Source: Candidatus Aenigmatarchaeota archaeon
GTDB lineage: Archaea; Aenigmatarchaeota; Aenigmatarchaeia; CG10238-14; SCSR01
Assembly (NCBI GenBank): GCA_039090665.1
Contig: JAWCSL010000003.1
Span: 1 to 63,499 of the forward strand
Direction: 5' to 3'
Length of the DNA: 63,499 bases
Shown here: piece after piece, positions 45,387 through 53,996 of the stretch
How positions within the stretch are numbered: position 1 is the stretch's first letter
How the letters are laid out: every line of letters starts with the position of its first letter
The notes under the pieces: generated by a model
Told to the model about the DNA's origin: nothing
What the model saw: only the letters and a program-made list of their open reading frames with translations
The model's database searches: none
Made by a program: the position numbers and the translations under genes

Positions 45387-45731
45387 ATGAAGATTGATTC
45401 AACAGACTTCGGGTATATTATAGTGGAAGGCAAAAAATATGAGCATGATGTTCTGGTAAGCTATAGAGGAAAAGTGTCGAAAGTTCAACTACAAACAAGA
45501 CATTTAATTTCAAAGAAAGAATTTTCGGATTTTCTGAAGGAAGCTCCAGAAATTATCGTCATAGGAAATGGACAATACGGTGCTTGTGAAGTTTCTGAAG
45601 AGTTTTTAAATTTAGCAAAAGAGAAAGGGATAGAAGTTATAATTAAAGAGACACCAGAAGCAATTAGCTATTTTAATGAGTTTTTAAAAGCGGGCAAGAA
45701 AGTGGTTGCTTATATGCATGTAACTTGCTGA
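45387..45731 (+). CDS. Mth938/DUF498-like protein
   Basis: FGYIIVEGKKYEHDV, IVIGNGQYG, TPEAI, HVTC terminus. Confidence 0.88.
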   Translation: MKIDSTDFGYIIVEGKKYEHDVLVSYRGKVSKVQLQTRHLISKKEFSDFLKEAPEIIVIGNGQYGACEVSEEFLNLAKEKGIEVIIKETPEAISYFNEFLKAGKKVVAYMHVTC

Positions 45732-45745
45732 CTCTTATTTTTGAA

Positions 45746-45857
45746 TGGGCCTACCGGGATTTGAACCCGGGACCAACGGGTTTCTTTCATCTTTTTAATC
45801 AAAGCTTTTAGCTTTAAGCTAAAAGCCCGCTGCTCTACCATGCTGAGCTATAGGCCC
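45746..45857 (-). tRNA. tRNA-Lys(UUU) with 38-nt intron at 37/38
   Basis: Stem GCGGG/CCCGT; intron 45782-45819; BHB helix CTTT/AAAG. Confidence 0.9.
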
Positions 45858-45923
45858 TTTTTTATTTATATTCAATTTTTAGTTTTTTTAAATTAAAATT
45901 CATGAGATGAGGTTTAAAACAGT

Positions 45924-46112
45924 CTAAACCACTCTTTTCTTTCTTGTCACATTATGGGTTTTCCAAGAATATGCTTTTATTTTACTACTCCTTCCATAGC
46001 CACAAGCAGCACAAACTTTTGTCTTAAGATTGTAAGATGTTCTTCCGCAGCGTCTACATCTTATGTGTGTAATCTTATGTTTTTTGCCCATCGATGGTGT
46101 TCCTTTTGTCAT
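45924..46112 (-). CDS. rpl37e: 50S ribosomal protein eL37
   Basis: [20 protein letters not shown]...CAACGYG. Confidence 0.96.
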   Translation of the reverse strand: MTKGTPSMGKKHKITHIRCRRCGRTSYNLKTKVCAACGYGRSSKIKAYSWKTHNVTRKKRVV

Positions 46113-46153
46113 GATACCACTAAAAGAATTTGTAGGCTAAGATTTAAATTTGT

Positions 46154-46723
46154 TCAAAACTTGATTTCAACATCTTTCCTTTCTTCTTCTGTTGCTTTGA
46201 AAAGTTCTATTGGTTTATAGCCTAATAAGCTGGCTATGAATTTATCTGGTATTGATTGAATTCTTATGTTGTAGTTATTAACACTATCATTATAAAATTC
46301 TCTTCTGTCAGCGAGCTCATTTTCTAATCCAGTTATTCTCGATTGTAACTGCAAGAAATTCTCGTTTGCCTTTAGTTGAGGATAATTTTCAGCCACAGCA
46401 AACAAAGTCTTCAAAGTGCTGGAAATAGCATCAGATATTTTTGCTTTTTCTGTTATGGTTGTAGCGGAAGCCCATCTCGTCCTAAGTTCTGTAATTTTTT
46501 CCAAAACTTCTCTTTCATACTTCATATATCCTTTACAAGCTTCCACAAGCTTTGGGATTTCATCATGCCTTTGTTTCAATATAACATCTATATTAGACCA
46601 AGCTTTATTAATGTTGTTCCTTAACCTTACTAGGCTATTGTATACTATAACAAAATAAGCGACTAGTGCAACAATAATCAAAGCCAAAGCAGTGCCAATT
46701 ATCATCCAAATCATTTTTATCAA
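46154..46723 (-). CDS. lemA: LemA family protein
   Basis: YNSLVRL...QRHDEIPKLV...AENYPQLKAN...RREFYND. Confidence 0.94.
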   Translation of the reverse strand: MIKMIWMIIGTALALIIVALVAYFVIVYNSLVRLRNNINKAWSNIDVILKQRHDEIPKLVEACKGYMKYEREVLEKITELRTRWASATTITEKAKISDAISSTLKTLFAVAENYPQLKANENFLQLQSRITGLENELADRREFYNDSVNNYNIRIQSIPDKFIASLLGYKPIELFKATEEERKDVEIKF

Positions 46724-46764
46724 AAAATTTTTTATTCATTTTAGAATATAAAGCTTTTAAAGCT

Positions 46765-47502
46765 TTATAGTATAATAAAACTGGCTACAGCAACAATTAT
46801 AAGTAACCCACCAATAAACATAATACCAAGTGATTTCCACATTAACTTCTTAACAACTTCCTTTTCACTTCTATTTGAAATGTAGTAAATGTTTTCACCT
46901 TTTTGGATCATCACATCTTCCACCCCACTTTGTGCCCACCCTTCCTTTACGAAAGGATTATCACCAGCAGTTCCTATTATATATAGCTTGTCTCCTGGCC
47001 TAATACAAAATTCTCTAAATCTCATGGTTTTATTCATTCCAAAAAAATCTTTAGACCTTATGTTGTTTGCTTCGAGGAAACTTTTTACCGATTCGGGCGG
47101 GTCCTTACCGGGCCCGGACTCAAAAGTAAAGGTTGCAACCAAATCTATTTCAGCCCATTTTGGATCTACCAAAACACTTCCGGTCTCATCTTGAAGATAA
47201 AAGTAAGTTCCATTCTCCCCAACTTTTATTATCACCCATTTTGAACTTTCTTCAGATTTTTTCAATTCTTCAATCAGATATTTATAATACACACACTCCG
47301 TTTGTGTAAGAGGACTTTTCAATATTCTATCTTTTATCGGTACCACTTTACCATAAATTTCAACAAGACCCATTGCTATGGATCGAATTTTAGATGTTGG
47401 TATATCTTCTATCAGTCTTTTCTTCTTGAAGTAATGTATTCCTAAACAGAAAATGAAAATACCAAAGAGGAGAGTTAAGATAGAATATTCTAAGCTCATC
47501 AA
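46765..47502 (-). CDS. GIDE-domain-like membrane protein
   Basis: IEDIPTSKIRSIAMGLVEI, FYLQDETGSVLVDP, GDKLYIIG; terminal TMs; next to lemA. Confidence 0.75.
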   Translation of the reverse strand: MMSLEYSILTLLFGIFIFCLGIHYFKKKRLIEDIPTSKIRSIAMGLVEIYGKVVPIKDRILKSPLTQTECVYYKYLIEELKKSEESSKWVIIKVGENGTYFYLQDETGSVLVDPKWAEIDLVATFTFESGPGKDPPESVKSFLEANNIRSKDFFGMNKTMRFREFCIRPGDKLYIIGTAGDNPFVKEGWAQSGVEDVMIQKGENIYYISNRSEKEVVKKLMWKSLGIMFIGGLLIIVAVASFIIL

Positions 47503-47551
47503 CTGAATTTTTGTTTTATAAACAAAAATTTTTTGATTTTTAGTTTTGATC

Positions 47552-47776
47552 TCAAACAGTCACTGGAGAAGCGTAAACTATTGTATCTCCTCTTACTAAT
47601 ACAGTCCCAAGTCTTATTTTTGTTTCATTTTTTGAAACTTCCGCTTCATCTAACCAAAGGTTCAGGTGTAGATCTAAAGCTCTGAGCACACCACTTATTT
47701 CTTCCCCATTTTTAAGTTTGACTATGATTTTCTTCCCTTTTGCTTTATCCAAAGCATCTATCGGTCTTTCTGTCAT
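47552..47776 (-). CDS. Sm-like archaeal protein (SmAP1)
   Basis: RPIDAL...VKLKNG...GVLRALDLHLNL...LVRGDTIVY. Confidence 0.93.
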   Translation of the reverse strand: MTERPIDALDKAKGKKIIVKLKNGEEISGVLRALDLHLNLWLDEAEVSKNETKIRLGTVLVRGDTIVYASPVTV

Positions 47777-47853
47777 TTTGTTCCCTTTTTTAATTGACTT
47801 TAAATTAATATAAACCTTTAACTTTTTAAGCTTATTTTACCAAAATTTATTGA

Positions 47854-48303
47854 ATGGAATATTTAGGCTACCTTTCAGCCTTTGTTGGTAATATGTTAGC
47901 TTCTTCTACACTACTCTTCCCTGTACCTTTCTTTGCAGTTTATGCTTATTTAGCTACTTTCCTCAATCCTCTATTGTTGGCACCGATTTCAGCTTTAGGC
48001 TCGTCCCTGGGAGAGTTAATTACTTATACTATAGGATATGCTAGTGGCGATTTGTTAAAGAAGAATAAATATTTCAAATTCGCAAAAAAATGGTTCAAGA
48101 GGAATGGTGCTTTCACTATTTTTCTCTTTGCAGCTACTCCACTACCTGATGATGTAGTAGGCTTAATAGCAGGTGCTACTGACTACAATCGATCCAAATT
48201 CTTTTTAGCTTGTCTAGCAGGAAAACTCTTGTTATTCTTACTAATAGCTTTTGCGGTTCGCTATTCCTATACAAATTTGCCTACTTTTTTCCACTGGATG
48301 TAA
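47854..48303 (+). CDS. VTT/DedA-family membrane protein
   Basis: ALGSSLGELITYTIG, ATPLPDDVVG, GKLL. Confidence 0.85.
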   Translation: MEYLGYLSAFVGNMLASSTLLFPVPFFAVYAYLATFLNPLLLAPISALGSSLGELITYTIGYASGDLLKKNKYFKFAKKWFKRNGAFTIFLFAATPLPDDVVGLIAGATDYNRSKFFLACLAGKLLLFLLIAFAVRYSYTNLPTFFHWM

Positions 48304-48342
48304 GTTTTAAATTTTTTCTAAGAGAATAATTAAAGTGATTTC

Positions 48343-48741
48343 ATGTCAGTTTGGCATGGTGAAAAAGGGAGAAAAAAGACCGGTGGAAAAATAATTTTGG
48401 CCAGAAAAAAGAAGAAAAGGGAGCTAGGGAACTTACCCGTTTACACAAAAATAGGAAAAGAGAAAAGAGAAAAAGTAAGAACTAAAGGAGGGGGAGAAAA
48501 AATAAAAGCTTATCGAGTAGAATTTGCAAATGTTATTGATCCCAAGACCAATCTCACCAAAAAAGTAAAAATTTTAGATGTGGTAGAACATCCTGATAAC
48601 CCACACTTCACACGTAGAGGCATAATCACAAAAGGATGTACAATAAAAACAGAGCTAGGTCTTGCAAAAGTTACAAGCCGCCCTTCCCAACATGGTGTAG
48701 TTAATGCTATTTTACTTGAAACTAAAGAAGGTTCAAGCTAA
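48343..48741 (+). CDS. rps8e: 30S ribosomal protein eS8
   Basis: RKKTGG, RTKGG, NPHFTRRGIITKG, VTSRPSQHGVVNA. Confidence 0.96.
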   Translation: MSVWHGEKGRKKTGGKIILARKKKKRELGNLPVYTKIGKEKREKVRTKGGGEKIKAYRVEFANVIDPKTNLTKKVKILDVVEHPDNPHFTRRGIITKGCTIKTELGLAKVTSRPSQHGVVNAILLETKEGSS

Positions 48742-48763
48742 AACTTTTTAAAATCAAGAAAAA

Positions 48764-50101
48764 ATGTTTTCTTTTACTATGAATGAAAGAAGTTTTTACA
48801 TTTCCCAATTTTTCCGTTCTTTGGCAGAAGCCATGATTTCACCATTTCTTTCTGTTTACTTCCTATTCTTAGGAGCAACAAAATTTTTAATTGGTTTGGC
48901 TTCAACTCTCCCAAACCTAGCCCACTTATTCTTCCAACTTTTCTGGAGCAGTTTCAGCGAAACCACTTACAAGAAAAAATTTTTCATAATTTTTGGTGGT
49001 ATTGCCTGGGGTTTGATGTGGATACCTATAGCTTTAGTCAAAGACCCTTTCTTGCTGATAATTTTGCTTGTGATCCAATCTGCAATTTCGGCAGCTTCCA
49101 CTCCTGCTTGGACTACACTTTTGATTCGCATAACTTCGGGTTACAAAATAGCTTATGTTCAGGGTAACTTAAATGTCATAGGAAAGTTTGCCTCTTTGAT
49201 AGGAAATTTGATAGCAGGTTTAATTTTGAACACGTTTGGCTTTATTCCTTTCATTTTTTACATAATAGCTTTTTTCGGCTTGATGAGTAGAATTCCATTT
49301 TTCCCCATGAGAGAACCATTAATGCCTTGCAGTGACAGAAGCTTGAAAAGTATTCTCAAAAGAACTCTTGAGTTGTCAAACATAAAAAAAGAGAAGAATT
49401 TGGTTAAGATAATAATTGCAATAACTTTTTTGAACTTTTCAGTTTCTCTTTCTTCCCCATTCCTTTCAGTTTATGTTATAACAAACTTGGGTGGAAATCT
49501 CATAAACATTACTATGCTTTCAATAATCGAAGCTATAATCATGATAATCTTTTCTAGGCCTTGGGGCAGTGTGATTAACAAAATAGGTAAAAAATTCGTG
49601 ATGCTTGCCTGTATTTTACCTATCTCTTTCATTCCTTCCGTGTACGCTTTGGCACCAAGTATTGAATGGATTTACCTATATCAAATCCTTGGTGTGATGT
49701 CTTGGACAGGATTTAACCTTGCTGTTTTCACTTATCTTGCAAGTATTTTACCAAAAGATAAAACAGATTCTTCCATAGCTTTCTACAATCTCTTTGTAGG
49801 TTTGGGTTCGGCCATTGGTCCAGTTATAGGGGGAATTTTCTCAGAATTCATCGGTTTCAGAAGCTTATTTTTCCTTTCAACTATCCTAAGGTTTTTATCA
49901 ATTTTTTTGATAGAAAGGCTAGAAGAAAAGGAAGAACAAAAACCAAAACTTGTGGGTTTTCCTTTTGAATTATTCGATTTGAGCTATAGGATAGAGAATT
50001 TTGTGAACACATATTCTCTTGTAATGATTGAAACTTTGAGACAGAGCACAAGTTTGTTCAAAAAACCTAAGTTTTCTTTGCATAAAGCTTCCAAGCTTTG
50101 A
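48764..50101 (+). CDS. MFS transporter
   Basis: About 12 TM helices; WGSVINKIGKK motif-A-like loop. Confidence 0.85.
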   Translation: MFSFTMNERSFYISQFFRSLAEAMISPFLSVYFLFLGATKFLIGLASTLPNLAHLFFQLFWSSFSETTYKKKFFIIFGGIAWGLMWIPIALVKDPFLLIILLVIQSAISAASTPAWTTLLIRITSGYKIAYVQGNLNVIGKFASLIGNLIAGLILNTFGFIPFIFYIIAFFGLMSRIPFFPMREPLMPCSDRSLKSILKRTLELSNIKKEKNLVKIIIAITFLNFSVSLSSPFLSVYVITNLGGNLINITMLSIIEAIIMIIFSRPWGSVINKIGKKFVMLACILPISFIPSVYALAPSIEWIYLYQILGVMSWTGFNLAVFTYLASILPKDKTDSSIAFYNLFVGLGSAIGPVIGGIFSEFIGFRSLFFLSTILRFLSIFLIERLEEKEEQKPKLVGFPFELFDLSYRIENFVNTYSLVMIETLRQSTSLFKKPKFSLHKASKL

Positions 50102-50255
50102 GTTCTAAAGTTCCTGTTTCTAGAAATAAGTTGAAAAAATGTTTATGCCAATCAAAAATTGTCCAGTAACTATCAGCGCAAGTAATAAAATACTTAATGT
50201 ATTTCAGCACCATAAAACTAAATTTAATTTAGAATTTAGAAATAAAATTATCTTT

Positions 50256-50549
50256 ATGGATATGAGAAAAATTTTGTTTTTCATAGGTTTGATGTTTTCT
50301 AATCCGATAATTCCGGATTACGGTTTACAATTTCTTGTTTCTTTGGGAATAGGACTTTTGCTACCAGATTTCATAATCAATCCCATAGACAAGCTCGTAA
50401 GGAAAATTCCTGGTGTGGAAAAATTCGTGAAATTGTTAGGAAAGAACAAGAGAATAAAGACGATAATCCCAAGGATTCTTGCAGGCTATTTCTTCACTTA
50501 CTTAATTGGCTGGACTTTTTTGTTAATCAGCTGGCTTTCCTGGTTTTAA
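50256..50549 (+). CDS. Small membrane protein
   Basis: Hydrophobic ORF from ATG 50256. Confidence 0.55.
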   Translation: MDMRKILFFIGLMFSNPIIPDYGLQFLVSLGIGLLLPDFIINPIDKLVRKIPGVEKFVKLLGKNKRIKTIIPRILAGYFFTYLIGWTFLLISWLSWF

Positions 50550-50588
50550 GCTCCATAAAGGTTTTATTTTAAGTTTTATCAATTAATT

Positions 50589-51347
50589 TTGATGATTGAT
50601 GTTCATTGTCATCTAGAGCAATCCGATTATAATTCAGACAGAGAAGAAGTTATAGAAAAGTGTAAAAAAGAGCTAAAAGCAGTTATCACTTCTTGTGCTC
50701 ATCCAAAAGATTTTGAATTAACTATGAAGCTAGTTGAGCAACATAAAGGCTTTGTTTTTGCCACTGTTGGAATTCATCCAGAGTACATAAAAGAAGTAGG
50801 CAAAGAAGAGAAAGAAGAATTTTTTGAGCTTGTTAGGAAAAATAAGGAGAAAATAGTTGGTATAGGCGAAGTTGGTCTAGATTTTTTGATAGAAGAACAG
50901 GAATGGAGGGAAAAACAGAAAGAGTTGTTCTTAGAATTTATCTCTTTGGCAAAAAAGCTAAACAAGCCTCTTGTGATTCATGCTAGAAAAGCTTTTGGAG
51001 AAGCTATTGAAATTTTGGAAAATCAAAATGCAAAAAATGTTTTGATGCATTTCTTTTCTGCTAAAGAACTTTTGGAGAGAGTGAAAGAAAATGGTTGGTA
51101 CATTTCTGTTAATACCACGCTACTTACAAGTAAGAAGATAAAGAAAATAGTTAGGGATATGCCTTTGGAAAGAATTCTCACAGAAACAGACTCACCTTGG
51201 TTGGGATTAGAACATAAAAGAAATGATCCTCTATCTGTAAAGATTGTTATTCAAAGAATTGCTGAAATAAAGAAAATTGACGAGAGAAGAGTTGACGAAG
51301 TAACTACAGAAAATGCTTATAAACTCTTTAGTCTAAAGGTTGAATAA
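50589..51347 (+). CDS. tatD: TatD-family nuclease
   Basis: IDVHCHL, GIHP, GEVGLD, VIHAR, HFF, TETDSPW. Confidence 0.94.
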   Translation: MMIDVHCHLEQSDYNSDREEVIEKCKKELKAVITSCAHPKDFELTMKLVEQHKGFVFATVGIHPEYIKEVGKEEKEEFFELVRKNKEKIVGIGEVGLDFLIEEQEWREKQKELFLEFISLAKKLNKPLVIHARKAFGEAIEILENQNAKNVLMHFFSAKELLERVKENGWYISVNTTLLTSKKIKKIVRDMPLERILTETDSPWLGLEHKRNDPLSVKIVIQRIAEIKKIDERRVDEVTTENAYKLFSLKVE

Positions 51348-51372
51348 AAAAAGAAGGAAAAATTGACAAAGT

Positions 51373-51702
51373 TTATTTCTTCTTAGCAAGGTCGAATATC
51401 GTTTTTAAAGCAACTACTACAACAGCCGGTGCGACAAACGCTTGTATGTTGGCAATTATTGGTTCAAGATAAACTCCAAATATAGGAATTTTTTCTAGAC
51501 CCGCAGAACCAACGATCAGTAAAGCTACTGCAGCCAGTAAGAAAGATATAGTTTCTTTAGAGGTTATGTTCATTAGTCCAACCACTAACCCCAAAAGTAC
51601 GAGGAGTACTGAAATCCAACCTCCTGTTTGCATCAGCAAGCCGGCTACTACTGCTAATCCTATGCCTAGAAGGAAGGCATATTCTCCAACATTTCTTTTC
51701 AT
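51373..51702 (-). CDS. Small multi-TM membrane protein
   Basis: 109-aa hydrophobic ORF (GLVVGLMNI, FVAPA). Confidence 0.7.
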   Translation of the reverse strand: MKRNVGEYAFLLGIGLAVVAGLLMQTGGWISVLLVLLGLVVGLMNITSKETISFLLAAVALLIVGSAGLEKIPIFGVYLEPIIANIQAFVAPAVVVVALKTIFDLAKKK

Positions 51703-51771
51703 TTGGTCACCCTTAAGAAAAAGTTATAAGTTTAAATTAATATATCTTTAGCTTGAATTCGTATAAGAAGA

Positions 51772-52701
51772 TTGGAAGTGGTGGAGTTGGATAGCCGAAG
51801 TGAAGTGTTCAAGATGAAAATAAATGAAGCTTGGGAAGCCTCTAGAGAATTAATTGAAAAAGGAAAAGAAAATAAACTTTCTCAAAAAGAAGTAGCAAAA
51901 GTTTTAGCTCGAACACTTTTTCTAACTAAGCTTGGACAAATAAGAGATTATGAACAAATTGCAAAAGAAGGACCTTTCAAATATGAGGGCAATTTAGAAA
52001 GAATGAGGAATGAAAAATTAATTCCTGAAGATGTTTATGAAATACTCAAAAATAGAATAAAAAAAGACCCTAGAATGGTAGGTCCTCTAGACTTGAAGAT
52101 CGAAAATCTTCTTACATTTTTGCATGTAAAAAATTTTTATGCCAAACAATTATGTTTTCATATTCTCGATTATCTTAACATTTCTTATGATGAGAAATGT
52201 CTAATTTTACGAATAGCTCCTGGTGGTATGGATTTAGGTGGCGAAATTCTTGAACAACTCAAAAACACAAGCAATAAATACAATTTTTGGTCATTCTCCC
52301 CCTACATCAGAAATACAAGAAAACCAGTTGGTTCATCTTCTTTTGAAGATTCAAGCGAATATGTAGGTCCTCCTTTGCCCCCATCCAATAAAGTTTTTTT
52401 AATAGATGATGTGATTAATTATGCAGAAAATATCTTCGATTCTATAAAAATTCTTAGAAATTTCGGATATGATGATGTAGAAATAATCCCGACTTGCATA
52501 TTAGATTATGAAAATCCGATAGGTAAAAAAAGACTTGAAAAATTGGGCATAGTTAATACTTTGTATCTCTCAACAGCAAAGGATTTAATAGAAGCGGCAA
52601 ATGATCTTTGGCTTATTACTGAATCTCAATATAAAACAGCAAAATCTTTTTTAGAAGATCCTTTTGAATTTTGCCTAGAAATAGCACCATATATAAAGTA
52701 G
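51772..52701 (+). CDS. Divergent type I phosphoribosyltransferase-like protein (PyrE-like)
   Basis: VFLIDDVI motif and PyrE-like C-terminus (ILDYENPIGKKRLEKLGI...LSTAKDLI). Confidence 0.55.
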   Translation: MEVVELDSRSEVFKMKINEAWEASRELIEKGKENKLSQKEVAKVLARTLFLTKLGQIRDYEQIAKEGPFKYEGNLERMRNEKLIPEDVYEILKNRIKKDPRMVGPLDLKIENLLTFLHVKNFYAKQLCFHILDYLNISYDEKCLILRIAPGGMDLGGEILEQLKNTSNKYNFWSFSPYIRNTRKPVGSSSFEDSSEYVGPPLPPSNKVFLIDDVINYAENIFDSIKILRNFGYDDVEIIPTCILDYENPIGKKRLEKLGIVNTLYLSTAKDLIEAANDLWLITESQYKTAKSFLEDPFEFCLEIAPYIK

Positions 52702-52712
52702 AGTTAAATAAT

Positions 52713-53939
52713 TCAATCAATCTTATATCTTAAGAAAGCCCCAATTCCGCCAAGCTCCTTGAACTGAATTCCTTCGCTTGTTTCTGTAGAAATGTATTCA
52801 ACTCTTGTTCCCAAACAAGAAGCTTTTTCCACAAGCTCGTCCAAAAGTTCATAGCTCTCTTCTTCAATCAATCTTTGTCCACAATTTGGGCACTTCTGTT
52901 TTTCTACCAAGAACCTTGGTAAATCTTTTTCTTCAGAAAAACCACAAACACATTTGAACTTAACATGAAGCCAATTGAATTCTTCTGAAATAAGCAACAA
53001 ATCAACAGCTCCAGCTTCCAAAGCTTTTTTTGTTTCTTCAAGTCCATAAACCACATTACCATTGTTTTTGAGTTCAGTGAAAAATTTTTGCATGATTTCT
53101 CTCTCTTTTGAGATGGTTGCCTCTTTCAACAAGTCTTGAGATTTGAAAACAAGCTCTTCCAAACCATACTCATCAGTTGAACCTATATCCTTAACACCCA
53201 AAACTTTCTTTTGAAGCTGGTAATGTAAATAATTTTTGTCATAAAAAGTTTCTTTTACCGGACCAGGACCACCTATAAGCACTCCTTTCAAATTTTCTTG
53301 TTTGAGCAGAAGATTTGAAGCTTCTTCTCCAACTTTTACCAAAAATTCATTTAAGGCGTCATCCCTAAGTCTATCATACCTTTTTTGCGACATCCCGCCT
53401 TTTACGGTCTTGCTCGGTACGGTTGACTCAAAACTTTTCAATTTTTCAACTTTCTTTCCTTTCAACAAGCCTATTGTAGCTTCTTTTGCATCCAAAACTA
53501 TCAACCCATAAACTTCTTTTTCAGAAATCAAATCTTTCAAAGGATCGAGCACAAAAGTTTGGTCGCACCAATAAATTTTTTGAGAAATTGGAATTGGAGG
53601 CTCATAGCTCCAAAGCCTTATATCTTCCTTTCCCTCAACTTCAGAAACATTACCACAAAATATTACCAAACCATTATCAGGAGTTTTCCTGAAAAGCTTC
53701 AAGTGTTGCAAGATTTTTTCTAAAGCTGCTAATACATTTTTTCGTGTGGTCTTGCTTTTTATGTTGTTTGCAGTACCCTTTTCTTGAAAAATCTGGTTTA
53801 CAGCTTCGGCTAAATTGTAGCCAGCAGGAATATAAACACTAACCAATTCTGTATGTCTTCCTTTAATTTTTTCAAGTTCTTTTATCAGTTTTTTCAGTTT
53901 CAGCTTTTCTTCCTCTTTTATTTCATTCATTAAAACCAC
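52713..53939 (-). CDS. prf1: Peptide chain release factor aRF1
   Basis: GRHTELVSVYIP, TANNIKS, YWCDQTF, C-terminal LGGIGAFLRY; GGM at the GGQ position. Confidence 0.95.
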   Translation of the reverse strand: MVLMNEIKEEEKLKLKKLIKELEKIKGRHTELVSVYIPAGYNLAEAVNQIFQEKGTANNIKSKTTRKNVLAALEKILQHLKLFRKTPDNGLVIFCGNVSEVEGKEDIRLWSYEPPIPISQKIYWCDQTFVLDPLKDLISEKEVYGLIVLDAKEATIGLLKGKKVEKLKSFESTVPSKTVKGGMSQKRYDRLRDDALNEFLVKVGEEASNLLLKQENLKGVLIGGPGPVKETFYDKNYLHYQLQKKVLGVKDIGSTDEYGLEELVFKSQDLLKEATISKEREIMQKFFTELKNNGNVVYGLEETKKALEAGAVDLLLISEEFNWLHVKFKCVCGFSEEKDLPRFLVEKQKCPNCGQRLIEEESYELLDELVEKASCLGTRVEYISTETSEGIQFKELGGIGAFLRYKID

Positions 53940-53996
53940 CTTATTTCAATAAAAATTCTGGAGTAATATTTAAAAACCTATGTAAAAAGGATATGA

